A stretch of DNA of 64,000 bases from an uncultured Verrucomicrobia subdivision 3 bacterium (GTDB taxonomy: Bacteria > Verrucomicrobiota > Verrucomicrobiia > Limisphaerales > UBA11358), in contig CAIZWI010000313.1 of NCBI GenBank assembly GCA_903936645.1, forward strand, positions 994 to 64,993, given 5' to 3'. A model generated the notes under the pieces. The model did not search any database, was not told the DNA's origin, and saw only the letters and a list, made by a program, of their open reading frames with translations. How positions within the stretch are numbered: position 1 is the stretch's first letter; the number at the start of each line of letters is the position of its first letter. This document shows positions 17,150-26,445 of this stretch, piece by piece. A program made the translations under genes and the position numbers.

Positions 17150-18381
17150 ATACCCCCGCCAGCCCCGGAGCCACCCGGCTTCACCGCCCCAGGCGCGGCG
17201 TATTTTCCCGCTGCTCCTGGCTGGCCTGGATGCTCCTCGGTTTCACCAGCCTCACCAGCCAGGCCCACCCCAATTTGCAAAATGCTCTGTGGGTGCAATT
17301 TGAACCCACTCAGGCCCACGTCGCCTTGACGGTATCCCTCCGGGAAATTGCCGTGGTGGCCGGCTGGTCCACCGCCGAGCTGGCCCAGCCGGACCCGGAC
17401 CACCTGGCGGCCGCCGCGACCGCGCAAGCGGATTACGTCCTGCACCACCTCACTCTCACCGCCGGCACCCAGACGCTGGCCGGACGGGTGGTGCGCCTCA
17501 CCCCGCCGCCGGCTCTGGTCGAACCCGAGAACACCTTTTGGCAATGCGAACTGGTGTATCCCTGGACCGGTTCGCCCCCTGCCGAAGTCAGTTTTTGCCA
17601 GAACATGCTGCAAGAATGGCCCTATGCCCTCGGCACCCCTTGGGAAGTGAGTTACACCGTCCGCACCAAACGCCTGGACACCCCCATCGCCTCCGTCTGG
17701 CTGCTGCGCCGGCAAATCGCCACCCCCACGCCCACCGGCTGGCGGCCGGCCACCACCCCGGACCCCACGCCCATCGCCGTCCCCCCGACGAGCAGCCATC
17801 TCTTTCGCGACTATTTTGCCCAGGGCGTCTGGCACATTCTCACCGGCTACGATCACTTGCTCTTCGTCGCCGCCCTGATCCTGGCCACGGTCCGCTTTTG
17901 GGAAATGGTCCGTGTCATCGCCGCCTTCACCCTGGCCCACACCCTCACCCTGAGCCTCTGCGCCTTCGGCATCTGCCGGCTGCCCGCCTGGGTAGTGGAA
18001 CCCGTGATTGCCCTCAGCATCGTCCTCGTGGCGCTGGAAAACGTCTGCCGACCAGCACGAGCGCATTCCCGTCTGCGCCTCGCCGTGGCCTTTGGCTTCG
18101 GATTGATCCACGGCCTCGGCTTCGCTGGCGGCTTGCTGGACGCCATGGCCGGTCTGCCCACCGCCCCGCTGTGGACCGCCCTCGGCGCGTTCAGCCTGGG
18201 GGTGGAAACCGGCCATCAACTCGTGGTGCTGCCCCTCTTTGCCGTGCTGGCCCTCAACCGCCGGGCGGGCCCGCCCGTCCTGGCCGCCGCCGTGCCCCGT
18301 TACGGCTCCGGTATGATTTCCGTCGGTGGTGCATACTACCTGGCCGTGGCCCTGCACGAACAATGGTTTGCATTAAGGTAG
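17146..18381 (+). CDS. HupE/UreJ-type membrane protein (putative metal permease) with long N-terminal extracytoplasmic domain
   Basis: GVWHILTGYDHLLFVAALIL and GFGLIHGLGFAG signatures plus several TM helices in the C-terminal half. ATGA overlap with the upstream stop. Confidence 0.72.
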   Translation: MNTPASPGATRLHRPRRGVFSRCSWLAWMLLGFTSLTSQAHPNLQNALWVQFEPTQAHVALTVSLREIAVVAGWSTAELAQPDPDHLAAAATAQADYVLHHLTLTAGTQTLAGRVVRLTPPPALVEPENTFWQCELVYPWTGSPPAEVSFCQNMLQEWPYALGTPWEVSYTVRTKRLDTPIASVWLLRRQIATPTPTGWRPATTPDPTPIAVPPTSSHLFRDYFAQGVWHILTGYDHLLFVAALILATVRFWEMVRVIAAFTLAHTLTLSLCAFGICRLPAWVVEPVIALSIVLVALENVCRPARAHSRLRLAVAFGFGLIHGLGFAGGLLDAMAGLPTAPLWTALGAFSLGVETGHQLVVLPLFAVLALNRRAGPPVLAAAVPRYGSGMISVGGAYYLAVALHEQWFALR

Positions 18382-18571
18382 GAAGTTCCGGCAAGGACCG
18401 TTGACCGAGTTCGTGGCGCTTTGCCGGCGCGCATGCAAACCATTGATAGTGGCCGATTCCCCGCCCCCCCAAAGGGGCAATCTATAAGCCGGAAGTTAAA
18501 CATAGTACCTACCCCGGCCCGTCAATCAGCCCCCCAGCCTTGGTGGCCGCCGCCTAAAGCCTAATTCCCGC

Positions 18572-19360
18572 CTAAGGCATGGCCATGGCCGCCTGCAAAC
18601 GTTTCAAATCCGGGTTATTGGGCGTTGCCACGGACGGGGTCAGGGTCACCGTGCGCGGGTCCTGCCACCGCCAATGCTCCGTATGCCCGTCCGCAAACGA
18701 GAAATTACAACCGCGGGCATGCCAGTTCGCCGGAATATCCCCCCATGAGTCCCCCACCACACTCAGGGCAAAATAACCATCGTTCAAACTCAGCGGGCTC
18801 TCATCCAGGAAAACCGCCGTGAGCACCGGGGGCGGTTTGATCATCTGGCTCTCCGCGTATTCCGCCGGATACCCCGCAACCCCCAGCCCCGCCATGGAAT
18901 CGAAGGGCTGGCCGGACTTGTAGCACGCCAGTTGGGATTGCATGCTGTAGCTGCGATCATGCACCGTGGTGTCAGCGGGACAGCGATACACCCCCACATT
19001 TGGCGCATACGGGAACAGCAGTCCCATCTGGATCAGCGTCGTGTTGGTCGCGTCGTTGGGATACGGCATTTCCCCATAGACCCAGCTCGGGAAATTCGTG
19101 CCTCCCCAGGGATCATCCACCACCAACCGGCCGCGATTGTCCTCCTTATACATGCACCAGCCCAGCGCGAGTTGCTTGTGATTGCTGGCACAGCGAATTT
19201 GCAGGGCCTTGCCCTTGGCCGCGCTTAACGCCGGCAGCAGCATCGCCGCCAAAATCGCAATGATGGCAATCACCACCAATAGCTCAATCAACGTGAACGC
19301 GCGCGGGCCGGTTCGGGTCGCAGCCCCCGGTTCCGGGCGGGTGATTGATAGTTTGTGCAT
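18572..19360 (-). CDS. DUF1559 / H-X9-DG protein with prepilin-type N-terminal cleavage-methylation signal
   Basis: AFTLIELLVVIAIIAILAAMLLPALSAAKGKA near the N-terminus and WHARGCNFSFADGH (H-X9-DG) near the C-terminus. ATG 19360 (MHKLSI) is preferred over the long track extension to 19567. Confidence 0.85.
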   Translation of the reverse strand: MHKLSITRPEPGAATRTGPRAFTLIELLVVIAIIAILAAMLLPALSAAKGKALQIRCASNHKQLALGWCMYKEDNRGRLVVDDPWGGTNFPSWVYGEMPYPNDATNTTLIQMGLLFPYAPNVGVYRCPADTTVHDRSYSMQSQLACYKSGQPFDSMAGLGVAGYPAEYAESQMIKPPPVLTAVFLDESPLSLNDGYFALSVVGDSWGDIPANWHARGCNFSFADGHTEHWRWQDPRTVTLTPSVATPNNPDLKRLQAAMAMP

Positions 19361-19651
19361 AATGGGATTTAAAGCCTGACACCGCAGCGGCTTCCTTACC
19401 CATACCGATTGAACCCGAAAATCTTGCAAAAAAATACGGAAAATAACGCCTCCTGGCCGGTTCAGGCGCATTCGCGGAACCAGCCAGGCCGAATTTGGCA
19501 TAAGTTCACATACGAACCGGGCAGGTGGTGTGGATTTGACAAAACTCCGCCGCCAACGTACACTCATCAGGAGAGTTGCCTTAATGGAGGAAATCCAAAG
19601 GCAGCATCAGTTTCGAATGGCGCGGCCGCCCCAATTTATCAGCCTCGTTCT

Positions 19652-19680
19652 TTGACACTTATAAGTTAGCACCTGAAAAT
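19652..19680 (+). promoter_or_regulatory. promoter-like TTGACA-17-GAAAAT
   Basis: TTGACA 19652-19657, a 17-nt spacer, then GAAAAT 19675-19680. No downstream CDS on this strand. Confidence 0.2.
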
Positions 19681-19710
19681 TCACACTTCACAGACCAACT
19701 CCAGCCCCCC

Positions 19711-19751
19711 AAAAAAGTCCGACTAGGTCCGAGTCGGTCCGAGTAAAAAAA
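19711..19751 (-). terminator. hairpin with U-tract on minus strand, built from three tandem 10-mers
   Basis: Plus strand reads A6-aGTCCGACTA-GGTCCGAGTC-GGTCCGAGTA-A7. CCGACT (19719-24) pairs with AGTCGG (19732-37). On the minus strand the hairpin is followed by ACTTTTTT. Confidence 0.45.
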
Positions 19752-19802
19752 GTTGTCCCTCCCGCCAAAGCCACCGCCACCGCCCGCTACCGGGCAGTGA
19801 CC

Positions 19803-19818
19803 CACCCCAGAGGGGTGC
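19803..19818. repeat. copy 1 of 16-nt self-complementary element CACCCCAGAGGGGTGC
   Basis: Stem CACCCC / GGGGTG with loop AGA. An identical 16-mer recurs at 19879-19894. Confidence 0.7.
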
Positions 19819-19878
19819 CAGCTGGCAGCCGGGGGTTGAAAGCAGTGATACCCCCGGTCAACCCCCTAAAACACCGCG

Positions 19879-19894
19879 CACCCCAGAGGGGTGC
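19879..19894. repeat. copy 2 of 16-nt self-complementary element CACCCCAGAGGGGTGC
   Basis: Identical to 19803-19818. Here the stem extends to GCACCCC / GGGGTGC (19878-19894). Confidence 0.7.
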
Positions 19895-20095
19895 AAGCTA
19901 ATCCCAATCAAATCCAGTGGCCCAGTAAACCACCCAGCAATTCGCCGCAGGTGCCTAGAGCCCAAAGCCCAGAGCCTCTTCCCCACCCAATCGTGCCTTT
20001 GAACTCAACTGCCCGCTCCGCATTCGCCACTCTGATAATTCGCGTCAATGAGCGAAATTAGCGGATCACCCCTTGCTGAAATGCGCTGGAGGGTT

Positions 20096-21214
20096 TCAAT
20101 GACTTACTGCCGGCTTTACCACCTTATGTTGCCGGAGCAGCGGCGCAACGCGCTCGCCCAATAGTTTGATGGAACTAATCAGTTTGGCCTGCGGCAGGGC
20201 CGCGACATCCATTTGGAAGGTGATCCGGTCCAGGCCGCCCAAGGCCACGCTGTGAGCAAGGATTTTGGCGGCGATTTCCTCGGGACCGCCCACCAGCAGC
20301 GCCCCTTGGGGCCCGCTCACGGCATCGAAGGCCGCCCGGGTGACCGGTGGCCAGCCGCGTTCCCGGCCAATTTTGGTAAAGCTGGCGGCGTATCCGGGAA
20401 AGAAGTCGGCCACCGCCTGTTTACTGGTCTCGGCCACATAGCCCAGGGCGTGAACGCCCACTTTCAATTGCTCCGGGGCGTGACCGGCGCGCTGGCCCGC
20501 CGCGCGGTACAAGTCCACCAGGGGACGAAACCGGTGGGTGTAACCGCCAATAATGGCGATCATCAGGGGCAAGCCCAGCGTGCCGGCCCGCACAAATGAC
20601 TCTGGCGTGCCCCCCACGCCCAGCCAGATGGGGAGCGCAGATTGCTGCGGACGGGGATAAACCCCCTGCCCGGTCAATGCCGGCCGGTGCTGGCCCGACC
20701 AAGTCACATATTCATGCGCCCGAATGTTCAGCAACAAATCCAATTTCTCGGCAAACAGCGAGTCATAATCCTCGAGAGCCAGGCCAAACAGCGGGAACGA
20801 TTCAATAAAGGAACCCCGGCCAACCACCATTTCCGCCCGTCCTTGGGACAGCAAATCGAGGGTGGCAAATTGTTGAAAGACGCGCACCGGATCGGCCGCG
20901 CTCAGCACGGTGACGGCACTGGCCAGCCGGATGCGCCGGGTACGCGCCGCAGCGGCGGCCAGAATCACGGCCGGCGCCGAATCCAAAAACTCTTTCCGAT
21001 GATGTTCACCCACGCCAAAGACATCCAGCCCGACCTCGTCGGCCAGCTGAATGCGGTCCACCAAATAACCCAGACTGGTGGTATCGCTGATGCCCCCGGC
21101 GGTGTCACCCTGGCCAAAACCCGTGGCAAAACTATCCACCCCAATTTGCATTGGCGGGGCCGAAGCTTCCGTGACCTGTTTGACCACCGGACGGTTGTTG
21201 GCTAATTCACTCAT
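20096..21214 (-). CDS. LLM-class (luciferase-like) flavin-dependent oxidoreductase
   Basis: IGVDSF...GLDVFGVGEHH...GRAEMVVGRGS pattern typical of the family. The start is uncertain: ATG 21214 is chosen, and alternatives extend up to 21292. Confidence 0.78.
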   Translation of the reverse strand: MSELANNRPVVKQVTEASAPPMQIGVDSFATGFGQGDTAGGISDTTSLGYLVDRIQLADEVGLDVFGVGEHHRKEFLDSAPAVILAAAAARTRRIRLASAVTVLSAADPVRVFQQFATLDLLSQGRAEMVVGRGSFIESFPLFGLALEDYDSLFAEKLDLLLNIRAHEYVTWSGQHRPALTGQGVYPRPQQSALPIWLGVGGTPESFVRAGTLGLPLMIAIIGGYTHRFRPLVDLYRAAGQRAGHAPEQLKVGVHALGYVAETSKQAVADFFPGYAASFTKIGRERGWPPVTRAAFDAVSGPQGALLVGGPEEIAAKILAHSVALGGLDRITFQMDVAALPQAKLISSIKLLGERVAPLLRQHKVVKPAVSH

Positions 21215-21394
21215 GGCCAAAGCATGCCACAAATCGCGAACATCCGGTAAATACCGTTTTTCATGACTGAGCATAGCTAAAAGGCATCGCAAAATGTTCC
21301 TTGCCCCGGCCCGGCTGGCACATTACATAACTATCGCCACGCGAACCCGCGGCTGCCTGAACCCGGGTCAGCCGCCAACCAAACTGGATCCAAA

Positions 21395-22105
21395 ATGACA
21401 GCCCAAGAAATTCTTGCTGAACTGCAACCGCTGGGGCGCGCCAGCTATAAGCGCATCATCACCACCAACCATGGCGTGAAGGAACCCTGCTTTGGCGTGC
21501 CGGTAAGTGAATTGAAGAAAATCCAAAAACGCATCAAAAAAGATTACCAACTGGCGCTGGATCTGTTTGCCACGGGTAATTATGACGCGATGTATCTGGC
21601 CGGTTTGATCGCGGATGATGCGCGCATGACCAAAAAAGATTTGCAAGGCTGGGCCGACCAGGCCGAGGGCGGAGCCCTGCCCGGGGCCACGGTGGCGTGG
21701 GTGGCCGCCGAGAGTCCGCATGGCTGGGAACTGGGCTTGCAGTGGATTGATTCACCCAAACACACCGTGGCGGTGGCCGGCTGGGGAACCTTGAGCAGCC
21801 TGGTGGCCCTCAAAGCCGACAAAGACTTGGACTTGCCCGCCCTCCAACGCCTGATCCAGAGGGTCCAAAAAACCATTCACCAAGCGCCCGACGCCGTGCG
21901 CCGGCCGATGATCCATTTTCTAATCGCCGTGGGCACCTATGTGCCACCCCTCACGGACCTGGCCATCAAAACCGGCGAAGCACTGGGTCCGGTCACGGCG
22001 GATTTGGGGAACAATGATTGCCAGATGCCCTTCGCCCCCGATTATATTCGCAAAGCGCAGGCGCGCGGGACCCTGGGTAAAAAGAAAAAAACGGTGAAAT
22101 GTTGA
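21395..22105 (+). CDS. DNA alkylation repair (AlkD-like HEAT-repeat) family protein
   Basis: MTAQEILAELQPLG...YKRI...GVPVSELKKIQKRIKKDYQLALDLFATGNYDAMYLAGLI is characteristic of the DNA alkylation repair enzyme family. Confidence 0.75.
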   Translation: MTAQEILAELQPLGRASYKRIITTNHGVKEPCFGVPVSELKKIQKRIKKDYQLALDLFATGNYDAMYLAGLIADDARMTKKDLQGWADQAEGGALPGATVAWVAAESPHGWELGLQWIDSPKHTVAVAGWGTLSSLVALKADKDLDLPALQRLIQRVQKTIHQAPDAVRRPMIHFLIAVGTYVPPLTDLAIKTGEALGPVTADLGNNDCQMPFAPDYIRKAQARGTLGKKKKTVKC

Positions 22106-22113
22106 GGAACCCT

Positions 22114-22153
22114 GGCTTGCGCCGGGCCCGGCCGCAGCGCCGTTTTTGTTTTT
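22114..22153 (+). terminator. rho-independent terminator after the AlkD-like gene
   Basis: GC-rich hairpin GGCTTGCG...CGCAGCGCC followed by GTTTTTGTTTTT. Confidence 0.55.
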
Positions 22154-22192
22154 CATGCCGGCAAAAAGCTTATAATCTGAGGTGACATTATT

Positions 22193-23542
22193 ATGAAACC
22201 TCGCGTTCGTTTTGCCCCCTCGCCCACCGGCTACCTGCACATCGGTGGCGCGCGCACCGCCCTGTTTAACTGGCTCTTCGCCCGCCATACCGGCGGAACC
22301 TTCGTGCTGCGCATTGAGGACACGGACGCCGCCCGCAACTCGCAGGAAGCCGTGGATGTGATTCTCAACGGCCTGCGCTGGCTGGGCCTCGATTGGGACG
22401 AAGGCCCGCTCACCGGGGATGCCACCGGCCCCAGCAAAGGGGATCGCGGGCCCTATTTCCAAAGCCAGCGAAAGGAAAATTACCAGCGCCGGGTGGAGGC
22501 CCTGCTCTCGCGCGGACTGGCCTACGAGCACGAAGGGGCGGTCAAATTCAAGATGCAACGCGAGCCGGTGCTCATCAAGGACCTGGTCGTGGGCGACGTC
22601 CTGCGCAAACTGACCGACCGCGAGGAGATTGATCCCGATTTCGTGCTCGTGCGCTCGGATGGCGAGCCGGTGTTCCACCTCGTCAATGTGATCGACGACC
22701 TGGAAATGGGCATCACGCATGTCATTCGCGGCGAGGATCACCTCAGCAACACCGCCAAGCACATCACGCTGTTCAACGCCTTTGGCGTGCCCGCGCCGCA
22801 TTACGCGCACATCCCGCTGATCCTGAACGGCGACGGTTCGAAAATGAGCAAGCGCGATCAAGGGGCCTCCCTGACCAGCTATCTGGACACCGGCTTTTTG
22901 CCGGAGGCGGTCATTAACTATCTCTGCCTGCTGGGTTGGTCGCCGAAGGACAACCGTGAAAAAATGTCACTGGCCGAAACCATCGAGCTTTTCGACCTGC
23001 CGCAAATCCTCCGGCACAACGCCCGGTTTGATTACGAGAAACTGCTTTGGCTCCAGGGGGAATACGCCCGCGAACTGGCCCCTGACCGCTTTTACGAACT
23101 CGCCGTGCACGCCTTCGCCCGGGCCGGGGTGGATACCAACCGCCATCCCCTGCCCTACGTCAAAGCCGCGCTGGACACCTGCAAAGGCAAATTCAAGACC
23201 TTCGCGGAACTGCCCGGCTATGCCGGCTTTTATTTCACCGGCAGGGTGGAATACGATGCCGAAGCCGTGAAAAAAGATTTCGTACCGGAGAATAAACCGC
23301 GCCTGGAAAAACTCCGCGACGCGTTTGCCGTCCTGCCCACCTTTGACGCCGTCGCGGTGGAAGCAGCGCTCAAAGAAACCGCCAAGGCACTGGGCGTAAA
23401 AGTCGGTGTGCTGGTGCATCCCACCCGCCTGGCGCTGACGGGGAAAACCTCGGGACCAAGCTTATACCATTTGCTGGAGGTGCTTGGGCGCGAGCAGGTG
23501 TTGGGACGAATTGAGGTAGCGCTGAGCCGGATCAGCGTTTAA
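22193..23542 (+). CDS. gltX: glutamate--tRNA ligase
   Basis: RFAPSPTGYLHIGGARTALFNW (HIGH motif) and KMSKR. Confidence 0.92.
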   Translation: MKPRVRFAPSPTGYLHIGGARTALFNWLFARHTGGTFVLRIEDTDAARNSQEAVDVILNGLRWLGLDWDEGPLTGDATGPSKGDRGPYFQSQRKENYQRRVEALLSRGLAYEHEGAVKFKMQREPVLIKDLVVGDVLRKLTDREEIDPDFVLVRSDGEPVFHLVNVIDDLEMGITHVIRGEDHLSNTAKHITLFNAFGVPAPHYAHIPLILNGDGSKMSKRDQGASLTSYLDTGFLPEAVINYLCLLGWSPKDNREKMSLAETIELFDLPQILRHNARFDYEKLLWLQGEYARELAPDRFYELAVHAFARAGVDTNRHPLPYVKAALDTCKGKFKTFAELPGYAGFYFTGRVEYDAEAVKKDFVPENKPRLEKLRDAFAVLPTFDAVAVEAALKETAKALGVKVGVLVHPTRLALTGKTSGPSLYHLLEVLGREQVLGRIEVALSRISV

Positions 23543-23546
23543 GCCT

Positions 23547-23590
23547 GGCCCCAAGTCCTGCCCACCAAATGCGGTGGGAGGACTTGGGCC
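23547..23590. terminator. long hairpin between convergent gltX and leuS
   Basis: GGCCCCAAGTCCTGCCCACC-aaatgc-GGTGGGAGGACTTGGGCC, about 18 bp with two bulges. No strong T tract on either side. Confidence 0.55.
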
Positions 23591-23598
23591 CTTGGATT

Positions 23599-26394
23599 TC
23601 AGCCCACAGCAATATTGACCATCCGTTTGGGCACAATGATGATTTTCTTGATGCTCTTGCCGGCGATGAATTGTTGCACTTTTTCGGAGGCCAGGGCGGC
23701 GGTCTCGATGGTGGCGTTGTCGGCATCCACGGCGACTTTGATGACGTCGCGGAATTTGCCGTTCACCTGCACCGGGATTTCGATTTCCGTCTCCACGAGC
23801 AAAGCCGGATCGTATTTCGGCCAGGGCGCATAGGCCAGGGCCACGGCGGAACCGGCGGGCAGTTTTGCCCACAATTCCTCGGCCAGATGCGGCGCGAACG
23901 GCTGGAGCAATTGCAGAAAGGCGCGCAAGGCGGCCACGGGTTTGACCTCCCAGGCAATGGCCTCATTCACAAACACCATCATCGCGGAAATCGCGGTGTT
24001 GAAGCGCATGCCGTCCAGGTCTTCGGTGACCTTTTTGATGCAGGCATGCAAGGTCTTGAGCTGCGCCGGTGTGCCAGGCACGTCCTGAATGGCGGGGCTT
24101 AACTTGATCAGGTCCAGCAAAGTAGCGCCGGCGTCCCCGCCTGCGGGTTGTGGCGGCGTCTCGCCGCCCGTTCCACCGTCTCGCACCGGGACGGTGCGCG
24201 AATCCGCAGGCGGGTACGCCGGCGCTACCTGCGACTGTGCCACGGTTTCTGCCTGTTCAAATTCCGTTTCGCTGGCCTCATCGATGAACAAGCGCCAGAC
24301 CCGGCCCAGAAAGCGATAGACGCCTTCGACGCCCTTGGTATTCCAGGGCTTCACCATTTCCAACGGCCCCATGAACATCTCGTACAAGCGAAACGCATCC
24401 GCGCCGTATTCGCCCAGCACATCGTCCGGATTCACCACGTTGCCAAGGGATTTGGACATCTTCTGGCCATCCGCTCCGAGAATGAGCCCTTGATTGACCA
24501 GTTTGTAAAACGGTTCCGGCGTGGCCACGTGGCCCAGATCAAACAACACCTTGTGCCAGAAACGGGCGTACAGCAAGTGCAGCACCGCGTGCTCCGTGCC
24601 GCCGACGTACAGGTCCACGCCCGCCGATTTACCATTGGAGGCCATCCAGTATTTGTCGGCATCGCTGCCCACGAAGGCCCCGGCGTTCTTTGCATCGGTA
24701 TAGCGGAGATAATACCAGCAACTGCCCGCCCATTGCGGCATGGTGTTCGTTTCACGGACGGCACCGGCCACTGCGCTCACCCAATCCGTGGCGCGCGCGA
24801 GCGGCGGCTGGCCATCCGCAGTGGGCTTGTAATCCTCGAGCGTGGGTGGCAGCACCGGCAGGGCGCTCACCGGCAGCGCCTCATGATACAAGGCACCGCT
24901 GGCATCGCGTTTCCAAATGATGGGGAACGGTTCGCCCCAATAACGTTGGCGGCTGAACAGCCAGTCGCGCAGCTTGAAATTGACCGTCTTCTTGCCGAGG
25001 CCTTTTTCAGCGAGCCAGGCGGAGATCGCCTTTTTCGCCTCGACCGTGGACAGGCCGGTGATAAAGCCGGAATTGACCGCGATCCCCTCATCCGTAAAGC
25101 CCTGCCATTCCTTGCCGGCTGGCGGCTGCACCACCTGGATCACGGGCAGGTTGAATTTTTTGGCAAACTCAAAGTCGCGCGTGTCGTGAGCCGGCACTGC
25201 CATGATGGCCCCCGTGCCGTAGCTCGCCAGCACATAGTCGGCAATCCAGACGGGAATTTTTTCGCCGTTGACTGGATTAATGGCATAAGCACCGGTGAAG
25301 ACTCCGGTCTTTTCCTTGGCGAGTTCCGTGCGTTCGAGGTCGCTCTTGCCGGCGGCAAAAGCTTGGTAAGCTTTGACCGCTTCGGCCTGTCCGGGCGTGG
25401 TAATCGTGGCGAGCAATTTATGCTCGGGCGACAACACCATGTAAGTCGCGCCGAACAAAGTGTCAGGTCGGGTGGTGAACACGCGGATTTTTTCAAGGGA
25501 ACCCTCGATTTGAAAATCCACCTCGGCCCCCTCGCTGCGGCCGATCCAGTTGCGCTGCATTTCCTTGAGCGAGTCGCTCCAGTCAATGATCTCCAGGTCG
25601 GCCAGCAATTTCTCGGCGTAAGCGGTGATGCGGAGCATCCACTGGCGCATGGGCTTGCGGACAACGGGGAAGCCACCGACTTCACTCTTGCCGTCAATCA
25701 CCTCTTCATTGGCCAGTACGGTGCCGAGTTCCGGACACCAGTTGACCGGGGCTTCACTTACATACGCCAGGCGTTTGGCATCGCGAAAGGCGCGCTGCTG
25801 TTCCACGGTTTGACAGTCGGCGGGGAATTTAAGTGTTTCGATCGACTCGGCTTTGTTGGATTCCGGATTGAACCAGGAATTGTAGAGCTGGAGGAAAATC
25901 CACTGGGTCCACTTGAAATAATCGGGGTCCGTGGTGGCGAGTTCGCGCGACCAGTCGTAGCTGAAGCCGAGGGATTTGATCTGGCGCGTGAAGTTGGCGA
26001 TGTTTGCCTCCGTAGTTACGCGGGGATGCTGGCCGGTCTTGACGGCATATTGCTCGGCAGGCAGGCCGAAGGAATCCCAGCCCATGGGGTGCAGGACATT
26101 ATAGCCGCGGGCGCGATGGTAACGGGCCAGGATATCCGTGGCTGTGTATCCCTCCGGATGCCCCACATGCAGCCCGGCACCGCTGGGATAGGGAAACATG
26201 TCCAAAATATAATACTTCGGGGGCGGCGTTCGGCCGGGAGCCATGGCATCCGTGCCATGCCGCTGGGCAAAGGGATGCGACGCGGGCACGGTCTCGCCGG
26301 GATTAAAGGCACGAAAAGCTGCTTGCCCGTCCCAAGTTTGCTGCCACTTGGGCTCGATCAAATGAAACGGATATTGTCTGCGACTGCTTGCCAT
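23599..26394 (-). CDS. leuS: leucine--tRNA ligase
   Basis: HVGHPEGY (HIGH motif), KMSKS, and a CP1 editing-domain pattern. ATG 26394 ([18 protein letters not shown]). Confidence 0.93.
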   Translation of the reverse strand: MASSRRQYPFHLIEPKWQQTWDGQAAFRAFNPGETVPASHPFAQRHGTDAMAPGRTPPPKYYILDMFPYPSGAGLHVGHPEGYTATDILARYHRARGYNVLHPMGWDSFGLPAEQYAVKTGQHPRVTTEANIANFTRQIKSLGFSYDWSRELATTDPDYFKWTQWIFLQLYNSWFNPESNKAESIETLKFPADCQTVEQQRAFRDAKRLAYVSEAPVNWCPELGTVLANEEVIDGKSEVGGFPVVRKPMRQWMLRITAYAEKLLADLEIIDWSDSLKEMQRNWIGRSEGAEVDFQIEGSLEKIRVFTTRPDTLFGATYMVLSPEHKLLATITTPGQAEAVKAYQAFAAGKSDLERTELAKEKTGVFTGAYAINPVNGEKIPVWIADYVLASYGTGAIMAVPAHDTRDFEFAKKFNLPVIQVVQPPAGKEWQGFTDEGIAVNSGFITGLSTVEAKKAISAWLAEKGLGKKTVNFKLRDWLFSRQRYWGEPFPIIWKRDASGALYHEALPVSALPVLPPTLEDYKPTADGQPPLARATDWVSAVAGAVRETNTMPQWAGSCWYYLRYTDAKNAGAFVGSDADKYWMASNGKSAGVDLYVGGTEHAVLHLLYARFWHKVLFDLGHVATPEPFYKLVNQGLILGADGQKMSKSLGNVVNPDDVLGEYGADAFRLYEMFMGPLEMVKPWNTKGVEGVYRFLGRVWRLFIDEASETEFEQAETVAQSQVAPAYPPADSRTVPVRDGGTGGETPPQPAGGDAGATLLDLIKLSPAIQDVPGTPAQLKTLHACIKKVTEDLDGMRFNTAISAMMVFVNEAIAWEVKPVAALRAFLQLLQPFAPHLAEELWAKLPAGSAVALAYAPWPKYDPALLVETEIEIPVQVNGKFRDVIKVAVDADNATIETAALASEKVQQFIAGKSIKKIIIVPKRMVNIAVG

Positions 26395-26445
26395 AGGGCG
26401 AAGATTATGGGCACAAAACCCGGCCCGGGGCAATTCGTAATAAGT

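Noticed and set aside
17083-18363. 426-aa minus-strand ORF (and the 288-aa plus-strand alternative frame 17538..18404)
   Set aside because: It is antisense or out of frame relative to the HupE/UreJ-like gene, which has clear family signatures and TM helices. The translation is Gly/Arg/Gln-rich with no structure.
22171-22176. Perfect TATAAT 17 nt upstream of the gltX ATG
   Set aside because: A transcript starting after this box would begin at or beyond the GAGGTG ribosome-binding element, and no good -35 lies at 17-nt spacing (TTGTTT sits at 19 nt). It may still be a promoter for a near-leaderless mRNA, but I do not call it.
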